A stretch of DNA of 29,774 nt from a virus (lineage: Duplodnaviria > Caudoviricetes): positions 1 through 29,774 of IMG/VR virus record IMGVR_UViG_3300017716_002286, one strand, 5' to 3'. Shown here piece by piece: positions 1 to 8,047 of the stretch (position 1 is the first letter of the stretch; each line of letters opens with the position of its first letter). Position numbers and translations under genes: made by a program. The notes beneath the pieces are model-generated. The model saw nothing but the letters and a program-made list of their open reading frames with translations. It did not search any database and was not told where the DNA came from.

Positions 1-181
1 TGCATATTACATGCAAATTCTTCTCCGTGTTATGGAACACGAATAACTCACGCGACATATCGCAATCGGTCGATACTATGACCGATAGGTTATTAACTGT
101 TGCGTATTTTCTTCCTTTTCCTTGGAGTAGGTCGATGGTAGCAACACCTTGTTCTAATTTAAATTGTTTTAATGTCTTCAT
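1..181 (-). CDS. Hypothetical protein, truncated at the left edge; first gene of the divergent (leftward) transcription unit
   Basis: Manual translation from the ATG at 181 (minus strand) is open to the window edge: MKTLKQFKLEQGVATIDLLQGKGRKYATVNNLSVIVSTDCDMSRELFVFHNTEKNLHVIC... Absent from the ORF track because there is no stop in the window. Confidence 0.65.
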   Translation of the reverse strand, partial: MKTLKQFKLEQGVATIDLLQGKGRKYATVNNLSVIVSTDCDMSRELFVFHNTEKNLHVIC

Positions 182-391
182 AGACAACGGGTTTCTTAAA
201 CCCTTTATTAGTGAACCAAAAGAAACGATTTCCTTTGGTGTAATGAGTACGGGTAATCAACTTGAGATATATCACCTCTCCATACACGTACAAAATTTTA
301 TAAAAAATTATAAAAAATTAAATTAGCAAAGACACTATAACTTATATACTTATATAACTGATAATATTATATAATTAAAATAGTTATAGTA

Positions 392-428
392 ATAGTTGCA
401 GAATTGATTTATATGTTGTACCTTTGTA
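392..428 (+). promoter_or_regulatory. Promoter copy 1 (ATAGTTGCA-N18-TACCTTTGTA)
   Basis: TAGTTGCA 393-400 and TACCTTTG 419-426, an exact match to the Bacteroidota sigma-A -7 element TAnnTTTG, with TTG 20 nt upstream. Confidence 0.75.
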
Positions 429-429
429 T

Positions 430-642
430 ATGATTAATAAAATGGGTCAAATAGTTGAGGGTTTTAAAAATTTAGTATTAAATGAGGGAGATAAAGAGTT
501 AATAGCTTTTAGGGCTCCAATATGTGCTTCTTGTGAAGTTTTTGAAAATAATATGTGTAAAAGGAATAAGGGTGGTTGTGGGTGTTATATTCCTGCAAAG
601 ATTAGGTCAAGGGACTCTAGTTGCCCAAAAGGTAAATGGTAA
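430..642 (+). CDS. Small Cys-rich, probably metal-binding protein (DUF6171-like)
   Basis: Pattern CxxC...C...CGC...K.R...CPxGKW. The ATG at 430 is preferred over the TTG at 424, which lies inside the promoter box. Confidence 0.7.
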   Translation: MINKMGQIVEGFKNLVLNEGDKELIAFRAPICASCEVFENNMCKRNKGGCGCYIPAKIRSRDSSCPKGKW

Positions 643-941
643 AATATAAAATTATGAAAAAGATAAAAAAAGAGATTACTAAGGAAGACATTGAAAGTAG
701 GATTAAGTTACTTGATGTTTTAATGTATGAGCAGATGTTAGAGTTTAATAACATACTGGAAGATGCTACAGAACATGATTTAATCTACCTAAGTATGATT
801 ATTGATAAGGAGGTAGACAGATATACACAAAGGGGTTATAAAGCTCTTAAAAATGATTTAGAAAAGAATAAACCATTTTCAGACCATAGAAGGGGTACAC
901 CAAAAAATATAAATAATTATAATGATGGTAATGGATATTAG
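636..941 (+). CDS. Hypothetical protein
   Basis: 101-aa ORF packed between neighbours in the same orientation; the true start may be the ATG at 654. Confidence 0.6.
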   Translation: MVKYKIMKKIKKEITKEDIESRIKLLDVLMYEQMLEFNNILEDATEHDLIYLSMIIDKEVDRYTQRGYKALKNDLEKNKPFSDHRRGTPKNINNYNDGNGY

Positions 942-1164
942 TAGAACTAAAACTAAATCAAAAACTTATTTTGATGATGAGATTATAGGTATAATGGATA
1001 ATGGGGATATAGTCCTAAAGCCAGGGGTTAAGAGACAGCCTAAAAGAGCCTCAGACTTTGAACCTAAATCTGAGGAGTCTCAATACTGGAACTACTGGGT
1101 GCATTATAGAGATAAGACAGACAAAAGACAGGGATTACTAGATGAAGAGAATGAATGGGGATAA
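922..1164 (+). CDS. Hypothetical protein
   Basis: 80-aa ORF overlapping the previous gene and ending just before promoter copy 2. Confidence 0.6.
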   Translation: MMVMDISRTKTKSKTYFDDEIIGIMDNGDIVLKPGVKRQPKRASDFEPKSEESQYWNYWVHYRDKTDKRQGLLDEENEWG

Positions 1165-1179
1165 AAATATTTTCCTGAA

Positions 1180-1215
1180 ATAGTTGCAAATTTGAATTTA
1201 AAGTATTATATTGTA
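1180..1215 (+). promoter_or_regulatory. Promoter copy 2 (ATAGTTGCA-N18-TATATTGTA)
   Basis: TAGTTGCA 1181-1188 and TATATTGTA 1207-1215; no substantial ORF follows for about 500 nt. Confidence 0.7.
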
Positions 1216-1217
1216 TA

Positions 1218-1640
1218 CATAAATCTTTAAAGAACCAGAAAGTTCAGGTTATTAAGAACTTAACAAAAAAGAGATGATTACTTTACAATCCAATCAGAGA
1301 GGTAGTGGCACTCTGAATCAGTACTAAGTCCACTTTCTTTAAACTCTAAATACAGGTAGGTTTACCACCTATTCATCCAGAGGAGAAATTAGTAACTGGA
1401 TTAGACAGAGGGTTATAGCTTCAAATAGAAGTAAAATGTCCCCTCTAACCTGGAAAGCAACTTAAGAATAAACTCAGCAAAACTAGTACTTGTGGCTCAG
1501 GATTAATGGAAAAGGGTATTCCTCCTGATTGGGCTAAAAACAGCATAAGGAAAGTAAGAGTTTATGAAAAGTTAATATCGGTTTAAAGTAATTTAAACTC
1601 AGCTAATCTAAGGGGATTGTTATGCTTTTTAAAGAAAGTT
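1218..1640 (+). ncRNA. Candidate large structured non-coding RNA, family unknown
   Basis: ORF-free gap between two promoter copies with many perfect stems (1294-1299/1311-1316, 1375-1380/1396-1401, 1407-1412/1441-1446, 1497-1502/1523-1528, 1542-1548/1620-1626, 1581-1587/1592-1598 with GTAA loop) and a 12-bp long-range complement (1332-1343/1628-1639). Confidence 0.6.
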
Positions 1641-1656
1641 TAAAATAGTTTATGTA

Positions 1657-1692
1657 ATAGTTGCAAAAGATAATAAAAATGATTATATTGTA
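1657..1692 (+). promoter_or_regulatory. Promoter copy 3 (ATAGTTGCA-N18-TATATTGTA)
   Basis: TAGTTGCA 1658-1665 and TATATTGTA 1684-1692, upstream of the operon leading to terminase and portal. Confidence 0.7.
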
Positions 1693-1718
1693 TATAACAT
1701 TTAAAATTATAGAGCAAT

Positions 1719-2066
1719 ATGAAAAGAGTGGTAAAAGTTAAAAAGGAACAATACGTTAAAGCTATATTATTAGTAGTTAATCAGTTAGGTCTTAATATGA
1801 CCCCTTCTGAACTTAGTATTATAGTAACTAGTATTAATCGTAATATGCTAGTATTTAATTTAATTACTCGTAAAGCACTTAAGGGCTATTTAAATATAGA
1901 TAGTTTTACATTTAATAATTATATTAAGAAGTTAAAAGATAAAGGTGTTTTAATGAGGTATGAAAAAGATCTTGAGGTTAATAAGGGATTATTGACTTAT
2001 GTAAAGGATAAGGAAATACATTTAACATTTGAGATAGATGATGTCAAAACTGGAAATAAAAACTAA
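1719..2066 (+). CDS. Putative winged helix-turn-helix DNA-binding protein
   Basis: MTPSELSII...TRKALKGYLNIDSFTFNNYIKKLKDKGVL followed by a beta-hairpin, a typical wHTH pattern. Confidence 0.6.
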   Translation: MKRVVKVKKEQYVKAILLVVNQLGLNMTPSELSIIVTSINRNMLVFNLITRKALKGYLNIDSFTFNNYIKKLKDKGVLMRYEKDLEVNKGLLTYVKDKEIHLTFEIDDVKTGNKN

Positions 2067-2223
2067 TAGTTTAGATGAACTTGATGAAATAGTTGAAAAA
2101 GCTAAAATTGAATATCAAGAACTATCAGATTCTAATCCATCAATAACTTATACTTTGATTATTAATGAAAGTAAAATGACAGTTAAAATAAAAGTTTTAG
2201 ATATAGGTGTACAAATAAACTAA
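2038..2223 (+). CDS. Hypothetical protein
   Basis: 61-aa ORF, coupled to the next gene by a TAATG overlap. Confidence 0.55.
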   Translation: MMSKLEIKTNSLDELDEIVEKAKIEYQELSDSNPSITYTLIINESKMTVKIKVLDIGVQIN

Positions 2224-2516
2224 TGTTTGAAATAAATGAACTCATAAAAGAATTATATAGTAAATACCCAGAGTTATCAAAGTCTGAGTTAGAACTTATA
2301 TGTAGGACCCAATTTAGATTTATATGGGAGACTATACAGTCTGGTGAGTTTAAAACAATTAGTATTAAACATTTAGGTAAATTTATAGCTAAACCAAAGT
2401 CTAAGGTATTCTGGTTAAACAAAATGAAGGATGTTAATTATATTGAACACAGTAAACAACGTAGTCATAAAAGATACAAGATACCACAAAAAGAAAACAA
2501 TTCAAGTAACAACTAA
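2223..2516 (+). CDS. HU/IHF-like DNA-binding protein
   Basis: ELIKELYSKYPELSKSELELICRTQFRFIWETIQSGEFKTISIKHLGKF matches the HU/IHF helix-helix-strand-GxF layout; basic tail. Confidence 0.65.
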   Translation: MFEINELIKELYSKYPELSKSELELICRTQFRFIWETIQSGEFKTISIKHLGKFIAKPKSKVFWLNKMKDVNYIEHSKQRSHKRYKIPQKENNSSNN

Positions 2517-2697
2517 AAAAGCATTTGAATCTGAAAATTTAATGCCAGAACAGATGCTAGATAAAAAAGGTAAAGTTATTAAAGGTTATTGTTTAGTTAG
2601 ATTTGAAGCAGATTATTTTAAGATTAAACATTCTTTTGAAGATGTTATAAAGATGGTTAGACCAATAGAAGTTAAAGGATATAAAAGTTATGGATAA
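2431..2697 (+). CDS. Hypothetical protein
   Basis: 88-aa ORF filling the gap; the 86-nt overlap with the upstream gene makes the start uncertain. Confidence 0.5.
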   Translation: MLIILNTVNNVVIKDTRYHKKKTIQVTTKKAFESENLMPEQMLDKKGKVIKGYCLVRFEADYFKIKHSFEDVIKMVRPIEVKGYKSYG

Positions 2698-3001
2698 TAA
2701 AATAATACCTAAATACTTTTATTTGTTTAGTGAAAAGTATAGAATATCTAATATAAAAGAAATAGATAATGGCACTTCATTTGGGCATGCTGTATATGAT
2801 GAGAATAAAATTAAAATAGCTAAAACTATACATAAAAAAGTAATACAAGAAGACCAAAGAGAATCTACCTATTGTCATGAATTAATGCATATTATATTAG
2901 ATTCTTTAGGTAAAACTGAATTAAGTCAAAATGAAGAGTTAGTTGATAGTATGGGTAAAGCTTTACATCAAATTCTAAAAACATCAGTATATGGAAAATA
3001 A
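2690..3001 (+). CDS. Small zincin-like metallopeptidase (HExxH; ImmA/IrrE-like)
   Basis: FGHAVYDENKIKI...STYCHELMHIIL...NEELVD: HExxH motif plus a downstream Glu. Confidence 0.75.
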   Translation: MDNKIIPKYFYLFSEKYRISNIKEIDNGTSFGHAVYDENKIKIAKTIHKKVIQEDQRESTYCHELMHIILDSLGKTELSQNEELVDSMGKALHQILKTSVYGK

Positions 3002-3188
3002 GATAACTATATGGGATAAATATACTCATATCAATGAAAAAGGTCAAGAGGCTACTAATCTAAAAGGTATTATTAATCAACTACATGGTGAAATCCAAAT
3101 GTTACATGAGGCTATGTCTTATGTAGCAAGTATAGTTGATAAAGATAATAAAACAAGTATTATACTTAAACCAGATATTATATTTTAA
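2991..3188 (+). CDS. Hypothetical protein
   Basis: 65-aa ORF, TAATG-coupled to the next gene. Confidence 0.55.
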   Translation: MENKITIWDKYTHINEKGQEATNLKGIINQLHGEIQMLHEAMSYVASIVDKDNKTSIILKPDIIF

Positions 3189-3472
3189 TGTCTATAGAAA
3201 AGGAAGCAAATAAGAACATTAGCCGAGATATGTTAGAATCATATCGTAGGGTATTATATCAGGTTAAGGATTACTTTGATTCAGTAGATTTAAATAATCA
3301 TCAACTTGATATTGATACTAAAATGAAGTTAACTAAATCTATTCTTGATGCTGGTGGATTGCTTGGGAAGAATTTTGAAACTTTAAGTATTTTAGAAAAC
3401 AAAGTTGAAAAAGAACAAGTAGAGGAAGTTAAAAGAAGGGGTGGTTCTAAAACAAGTAAATTTGAACAATAA
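3188..3472 (+). CDS. Helical protein immediately upstream of TerL; possible terminase small subunit
   Basis: Position (TAATG-coupled to TerL), size and a helical/coiled-coil character with a basic C-terminus. Function inferred from position only. Confidence 0.45.
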   Translation: MSIEKEANKNISRDMLESYRRVLYQVKDYFDSVDLNNHQLDIDTKMKLTKSILDAGGLLGKNFETLSILENKVEKEQVEEVKRRGGSKTSKFEQ

Positions 3473-5487
3473 TGCCAAGTAGTAACATTCAATATGCTCC
3501 GTACATAGAAAAGTTTGAAAATTCTTATGAGTTTTCATATTTAGCTACATACTTTAATGAGCATAAATGTTACACTTTAATTTCTGAAGAAACTGAAGAG
3601 TTTGATAAATTTTGGGAAGATATTTATTATAAATGTTTAGAAGGGTTTACAAATAGTAAAGGAATCTTTATTACTGGCCCTCATTTTTTCTATTTAAATT
3701 TTATACAAATTTTAGGTAAGGATCCTAAAAGTAATAGGAAGAAGAAGATCTTTCCAAGATTTCTTGATGTAGATTATGACTATTTTCATATAGTTGATTA
3801 TGCTAAGAAACATCAGAAGAATGTTATATTGGTTAAACCAAGACGTTTGGGATTCTCTTATAAAGCAGCAGCTTTAGCTACACATGAATTTACTTTCTAC
3901 AGAGATTCAAAATCTGTTATAGGAGCTTATCTTAGTGGTTATGCACAAACCACTATGAATATGGTTATAGACAATCTTAATTTTTTAAATGGTTATACAG
4001 AATTTAGAAAACAAAGAAGTCCTGATACAAGTGTTTTTATTAAAGCTAGATACCAGGAAACTACTGGTGGTATAGTTAGGTGGAAAGGGTATCAGTCTGA
4101 ATGTAAGATGATAACTTTTAAAGATAATGAACATGCTTCAGTTGGTTTAACAGCTAACTGGTTTCTTTTTGATGAGTGTGGTATCTTTTCAAATATTATT
4201 GAATCGTATAATATGTCAGAACCTACTATTAAAGATGGTAGTGATTTTACAGGTACTGCTTTAATGTTTGGTTCAGCAGGTTCTATGGAAGGTGGTTCGC
4301 AATATTTCTATGAGATGTTTATTAGCCCAGAGAAATACAACGCACTTACTTTTCCTGATGTAGATGCACCAGGAAAACTTACTGGGTGGTTTGTTAAATC
4401 AACCAGAGGTAGATTAGGAACTTCAGTCAATGGTAATCCAATGGTTGACGAAAATGGTAATAGTGATGAAGTAGAAGCTTACTTAGACATTATGCATACC
4501 AGAGATACTAAACGTGGTGGGTTAAGTAGTGTTGCTTTACATGATAATATTACTCAGTATCCTTTATCATATAAAGAAGCCTTTTTAAGATCTGGTGGTT
4601 CGGTATTTCCTTTAAGGGAACTACAAGAATGGTTAGGTGAAATAGAAACAAATAAAAAATTATATGAAGCTGGCAGAGTGGGTGAATTATATTTTGATGA
4701 AAATACAAGTAAAATTAAATTTAGGCTTAATCAGGATTTACCTTATATTATGGATTTCCCAATTAAGTCAGAACAATCTAAAACAGGAGCATTCTGTATT
4801 TGGGAAGAACCAGAAAGAATTAATGGGGATATACCACCTTTTTTATACATAGCTGGATGTGACCCCTATGATCAAGATAATGCAAGCAGCACTACCTCGT
4901 TAGGGTGTGTGTTTGTTTATAAAAGATTTTTAACATTAGATAAAACTCATGATATTATTGTTGCTGAATATACTGGAAGACCAGACACAGCTAATGATTT
5001 TTATGAAAATACAAGAAAACTATGTTTATACTTTAATGCAAAAATGCTTTATGAAAATAACCTTAAAGGAATTAAGGCTTATTTTGAGCAAAAGAATTGT
5101 ATGCATTTATTGTATGAAACACCATCTTTGTTAAAAGATATAGTAAGGGATAGTAGAGTAAGCAGAGGCTATGGTATACACATGAATGCTCAAATAAAGA
5201 GTCAATGTGAACTATATATGAAAGATTGGTTACTTGAAGAAAGAGAAGATTTAGATGGTAAAAAGAAACTTAATGCACATACTATATTAAGTGTTCCATT
5301 ACTAAGAGAACTAATAGCTTATGACCCAATTGAAGGTAACTTTGATAGGGTTATTGCAGCTATGCTTTGTATATTACAAGCAAAAGAAATATACAAAATA
5401 CAATTACAACATTATATAAAGAAATTTGAACCAGATCCTTTTTGGAACAAACCTTTTTTTAAAAAGAAACCATCATTTAATAATTAA
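3472..5487 (+). CDS. terL: Terminase large subunit
   Basis: Walker A-like VILVKPRRLGFSY, Walker B FLFDECG, RNase H-like nuclease motifs YIAGCDPY and NFDRVIA; sits directly before the portal gene. Confidence 0.95.
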   Translation: MPSSNIQYAPYIEKFENSYEFSYLATYFNEHKCYTLISEETEEFDKFWEDIYYKCLEGFTNSKGIFITGPHFFYLNFIQILGKDPKSNRKKKIFPRFLDVDYDYFHIVDYAKKHQKNVILVKPRRLGFSYKAAALATHEFTFYRDSKSVIGAYLSGYAQTTMNMVIDNLNFLNGYTEFRKQRSPDTSVFIKARYQETTGGIVRWKGYQSECKMITFKDNEHASVGLTANWFLFDECGIFSNIIESYNMSEPTIKDGSDFTGTALMFGSAGSMEGGSQYFYEMFISPEKYNALTFPDVDAPGKLTGWFVKSTRGRLGTSVNGNPMVDENGNSDEVEAYLDIMHTRDTKRGGLSSVALHDNITQYPLSYKEAFLRSGGSVFPLRELQEWLGEIETNKKLYEAGRVGELYFDENTSKIKFRLNQDLPYIMDFPIKSEQSKTGAFCIWEEPERINGDIPPFLYIAGCDPYDQDNASSTTSLGCVFVYKRFLTLDKTHDIIVAEYTGRPDTANDFYENTRKLCLYFNAKMLYENNLKGIKAYFEQKNCMHLLYETPSLLKDIVRDSRVSRGYGIHMNAQIKSQCELYMKDWLLEEREDLDGKKKLNAHTILSVPLLRELIAYDPIEGNFDRVIAAMLCILQAKEIYKIQLQHYIKKFEPDPFWNKPFFKKKPSFNN

Positions 5488-5492
5488 TATTA

Positions 5493-7961
5493 ATGAGTAC
5501 ATTACCACAACAAAAATTATTAAGGTCTAAAAAAACAGAAGAGTGGAAACACAATACAATAGACTTTTATGAAAGATTAGCTAGAGTTACCTCTACAGGT
5601 AACAGGTCTGGTAATTCACGTAAATTAGTTAATTATGAATTATTTAATGGTAGGTTTGATAAAGCTGATCTTGAATATGTAATTAACCCTTTAGGTTTAA
5701 AAGACGCTGAATTTCCAGCATCATTACAACATTATGATATTATATCACCATCATTAATGCTTTTAATGGGGGAAGAAACTAAAAGAGTTGATACTCAATT
5801 AGTAATTAGTGAAGGCCCAGATGATTTGGATCGTAAAAGATCTAATGTAGCTGAAAAGGTTATGCAAGCTCTTATAGACGAAGTTAAAGTTGAATTAGGT
5901 CAATTAGATCCAAAAGAAACTAGAACTCCTGAAGAGGTTTTAAAATACGAAAAATATACTACAAGTGATTTAATAGAATCACAAGCAAATAAACTTCTCC
6001 AAGTTCTTAAAAAACATTTAGATCTTAAAAATGTATTTAAAAGGGGTTGGAAAGATGCTCTTATTGTTGGTGAAGAAATATACTGGACAGGTATATCTAA
6101 TGGTGAGCCTATTGTACGTAGAGTTAATCCAGTAGATATTGATGTAGTTATGCCAGCAGATTCAGAATTTGTTGATGATGCTATAGCTGTAGTTGAAGCA
6201 AGACTACTTCCTATATCATCTATACTTGATGAGTTTGGTGAATTACTTAAACCTAGTCAGATAGACAAACTTGAAGAATTAGTTAATAATTTTGGAGGAA
6301 AAAATCTTACAAATGGTACATTTAATCTTACAGAAGGTGGTGGTGTCCAATTTTCAGCTATAGGTGCTACAACAGGTACTTCAAATGCAAGAAACTTAGA
6401 TAGCTCTGTTAGAGTAGTAAGAGTTGAATGGCAGAGTATGTGTAAGATTGGTATACTTTCTTATATTGACCCTGAAACAGGGGAACCACAAGAAACAGAA
6501 GTTGATGAGACTTTTGATTTAAAAGCATTTAAAGAAACAATAGATCCTGATGCTTTGTTAGATTGGTTCTGGATTAATGAACCTTGGGAAGGTATTAAAA
6601 TAGGACAAGATATATATCTTGATATAAAAGCTAAACAAAATCAAAGAAGAAGACTTGACAACCCATATTATAGCAGACTTGGTTATACTGGAATGTTATA
6701 TAATGCTACCAATTCTGTTGGTGTATCACTTATAGATAGAATGAAACCTTATCAATATTTATACAATATTCTTATGTATAGATTAGAACTTGCTTTTGCA
6801 AGTGATATGGGTAAAGTGTTTTTAATGGATTTAGCACAGATTCCAAGATCTGAAGGTATGGATATTGAAAAATGGATGTACTATCTTAAGACTATGAAAA
6901 TTGGATTTATTAATTCATTTGAAGAGTCACAAAAAGGATCAAGGATAGGTCAGGTAGCCCAATTTAATCAATTCCAAGCTGTTGATCTTACATTATCTAA
7001 TACTATACAACAATATATAAGTTCTCTTGAATATATTAAAAGTCAAGTAGGCTTTTTATCTGGTATAAGTCCACAAAGACTTTCATCAGTTAGGTCAAAT
7101 GAGTTAGTTGGTAATGTTGAAAGGTCTATTGAACAATCTTCTTATATTACAGAATATTGGTTTGATATGCATTCTGAAGTTAAAAGACGTACTTATACAG
7201 CTTTAATAGAATGTGCTAAAATAGCATATAGAGAAGGTTTAAGAAAGCAATATGTTTTAGATGATATGGGTATTGAACTACTCGAAATAGACGGTATGGC
7301 TTTTGAAAACAGTGAATTTAGTGTTTATGTAAGTTCAGATCAAAAAGATTATCAAATAAGAGAACAGATAAAAGGACTATTCCAAACAGCTCTTTCTGCA
7401 GATAAAGCAAGTCTTAGTGATATTATTGAAGTATTGCAAAATACATCTATTAAAGATCTTCAACATAAACTTCAAAATAATGAAGAGAAAAGAATACAAC
7501 AAGGACAACAAGCACAACAGGCTCAACAAGAACAACAGGCTAAAGCAGCAGAAATGCAGAATCAGGTAATGGAGAAACAAATTATGCTTGAAGAGCGTAA
7601 GTTAGATCTTGAGGAGTTTAAGATTATCCAGGATAATCAAACTAAAATTCATGTAGCTGAAATAGGTACTTATTTCCAAATGCCTGATATGGATACTAAT
7701 AATAATGGTGTACCAGATCCTATGGAGATAGCTAATCTTGCTTTAGAACAATCAAGACTTGGTCAAGAAGGTTTACATAAAGGTAGAGAGCAATCATTAA
7801 AAGAGGGTATTGAAAGAATGAAGATAACAACTCTAAAACAAATTGAAGACAGAAAACTAAAAATGAAAGAAAAAGAGTTAAAGTCTAAAGAAAAGGTTGA
7901 AAAGTTAAAAGCTGATTCACAGATTAAAGTAGCCCGTCTAAATAAGGCAAATAAGAAATAA
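5493..7961 (+). CDS. Portal protein (crAss-like, long form)
   Basis: 822 aa after TerL; motifs SLIDRMKPYQYLYN and LSGISPQRL..., C-terminal Q-rich coiled coil with DTNNNGVPD. Confidence 0.9.
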   Translation: MSTLPQQKLLRSKKTEEWKHNTIDFYERLARVTSTGNRSGNSRKLVNYELFNGRFDKADLEYVINPLGLKDAEFPASLQHYDIISPSLMLLMGEETKRVDTQLVISEGPDDLDRKRSNVAEKVMQALIDEVKVELGQLDPKETRTPEEVLKYEKYTTSDLIESQANKLLQVLKKHLDLKNVFKRGWKDALIVGEEIYWTGISNGEPIVRRVNPVDIDVVMPADSEFVDDAIAVVEARLLPISSILDEFGELLKPSQIDKLEELVNNFGGKNLTNGTFNLTEGGGVQFSAIGATTGTSNARNLDSSVRVVRVEWQSMCKIGILSYIDPETGEPQETEVDETFDLKAFKETIDPDALLDWFWINEPWEGIKIGQDIYLDIKAKQNQRRRLDNPYYSRLGYTGMLYNATNSVGVSLIDRMKPYQYLYNILMYRLELAFASDMGKVFLMDLAQIPRSEGMDIEKWMYYLKTMKIGFINSFEESQKGSRIGQVAQFNQFQAVDLTLSNTIQQYISSLEYIKSQVGFLSGISPQRLSSVRSNELVGNVERSIEQSSYITEYWFDMHSEVKRRTYTALIECAKIAYREGLRKQYVLDDMGIELLEIDGMAFENSEFSVYVSSDQKDYQIREQIKGLFQTALSADKASLSDIIEVLQNTSIKDLQHKLQNNEEKRIQQGQQAQQAQQEQQAKAAEMQNQVMEKQIMLEERKLDLEEFKIIQDNQTKIHVAEIGTYFQMPDMDTNNNGVPDPMEIANLALEQSRLGQEGLHKGREQSLKEGIERMKITTLKQIEDRKLKMKEKELKSKEKVEKLKADSQIKVARLNKANKK

Positions 7962-8009
7962 AACAAAATAAGCTGTACAATTTGATTAAAAATAATAATA
8001 AAACTTATA

Positions 8010-8045
8010 ATAGTTGCAAAGTAACAAAAAATTAACTATATTATA
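8010..8045 (+). promoter_or_regulatory. Promoter copy 4 (ATAGTTGCA-N18-TATATTATA)
   Basis: TAGTTGCA 8011-8018 and TATATTATA 8037-8045; ATG at 8048. Confidence 0.7.
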
Positions 8046-8047
8046 AT

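Noticed and set aside
27-326. 99-aa plus-strand ORF in the track
   Set aside because: GTG start, atypical composition, and it overlaps a more convincing minus-strand ORF (181 to the edge) and the structured intergenic region; probably a shadow ORF.
1274-1327. 17-codon ORF (MITLQSNQRGSGTLNQY) inside the candidate ncRNA
   Set aside because: Too short to support, and it lacks the tRNA-like ends or Ala-rich tag that would indicate tmRNA. It cannot be fully excluded as a leader peptide.
7690-7725. DTNNNGVPD calcium-binding-like loop in the portal C-terminus
   Set aside because: Real motif, but as far as I recall it is a common feature of long portals of this phage group, so it is not treated as novel.
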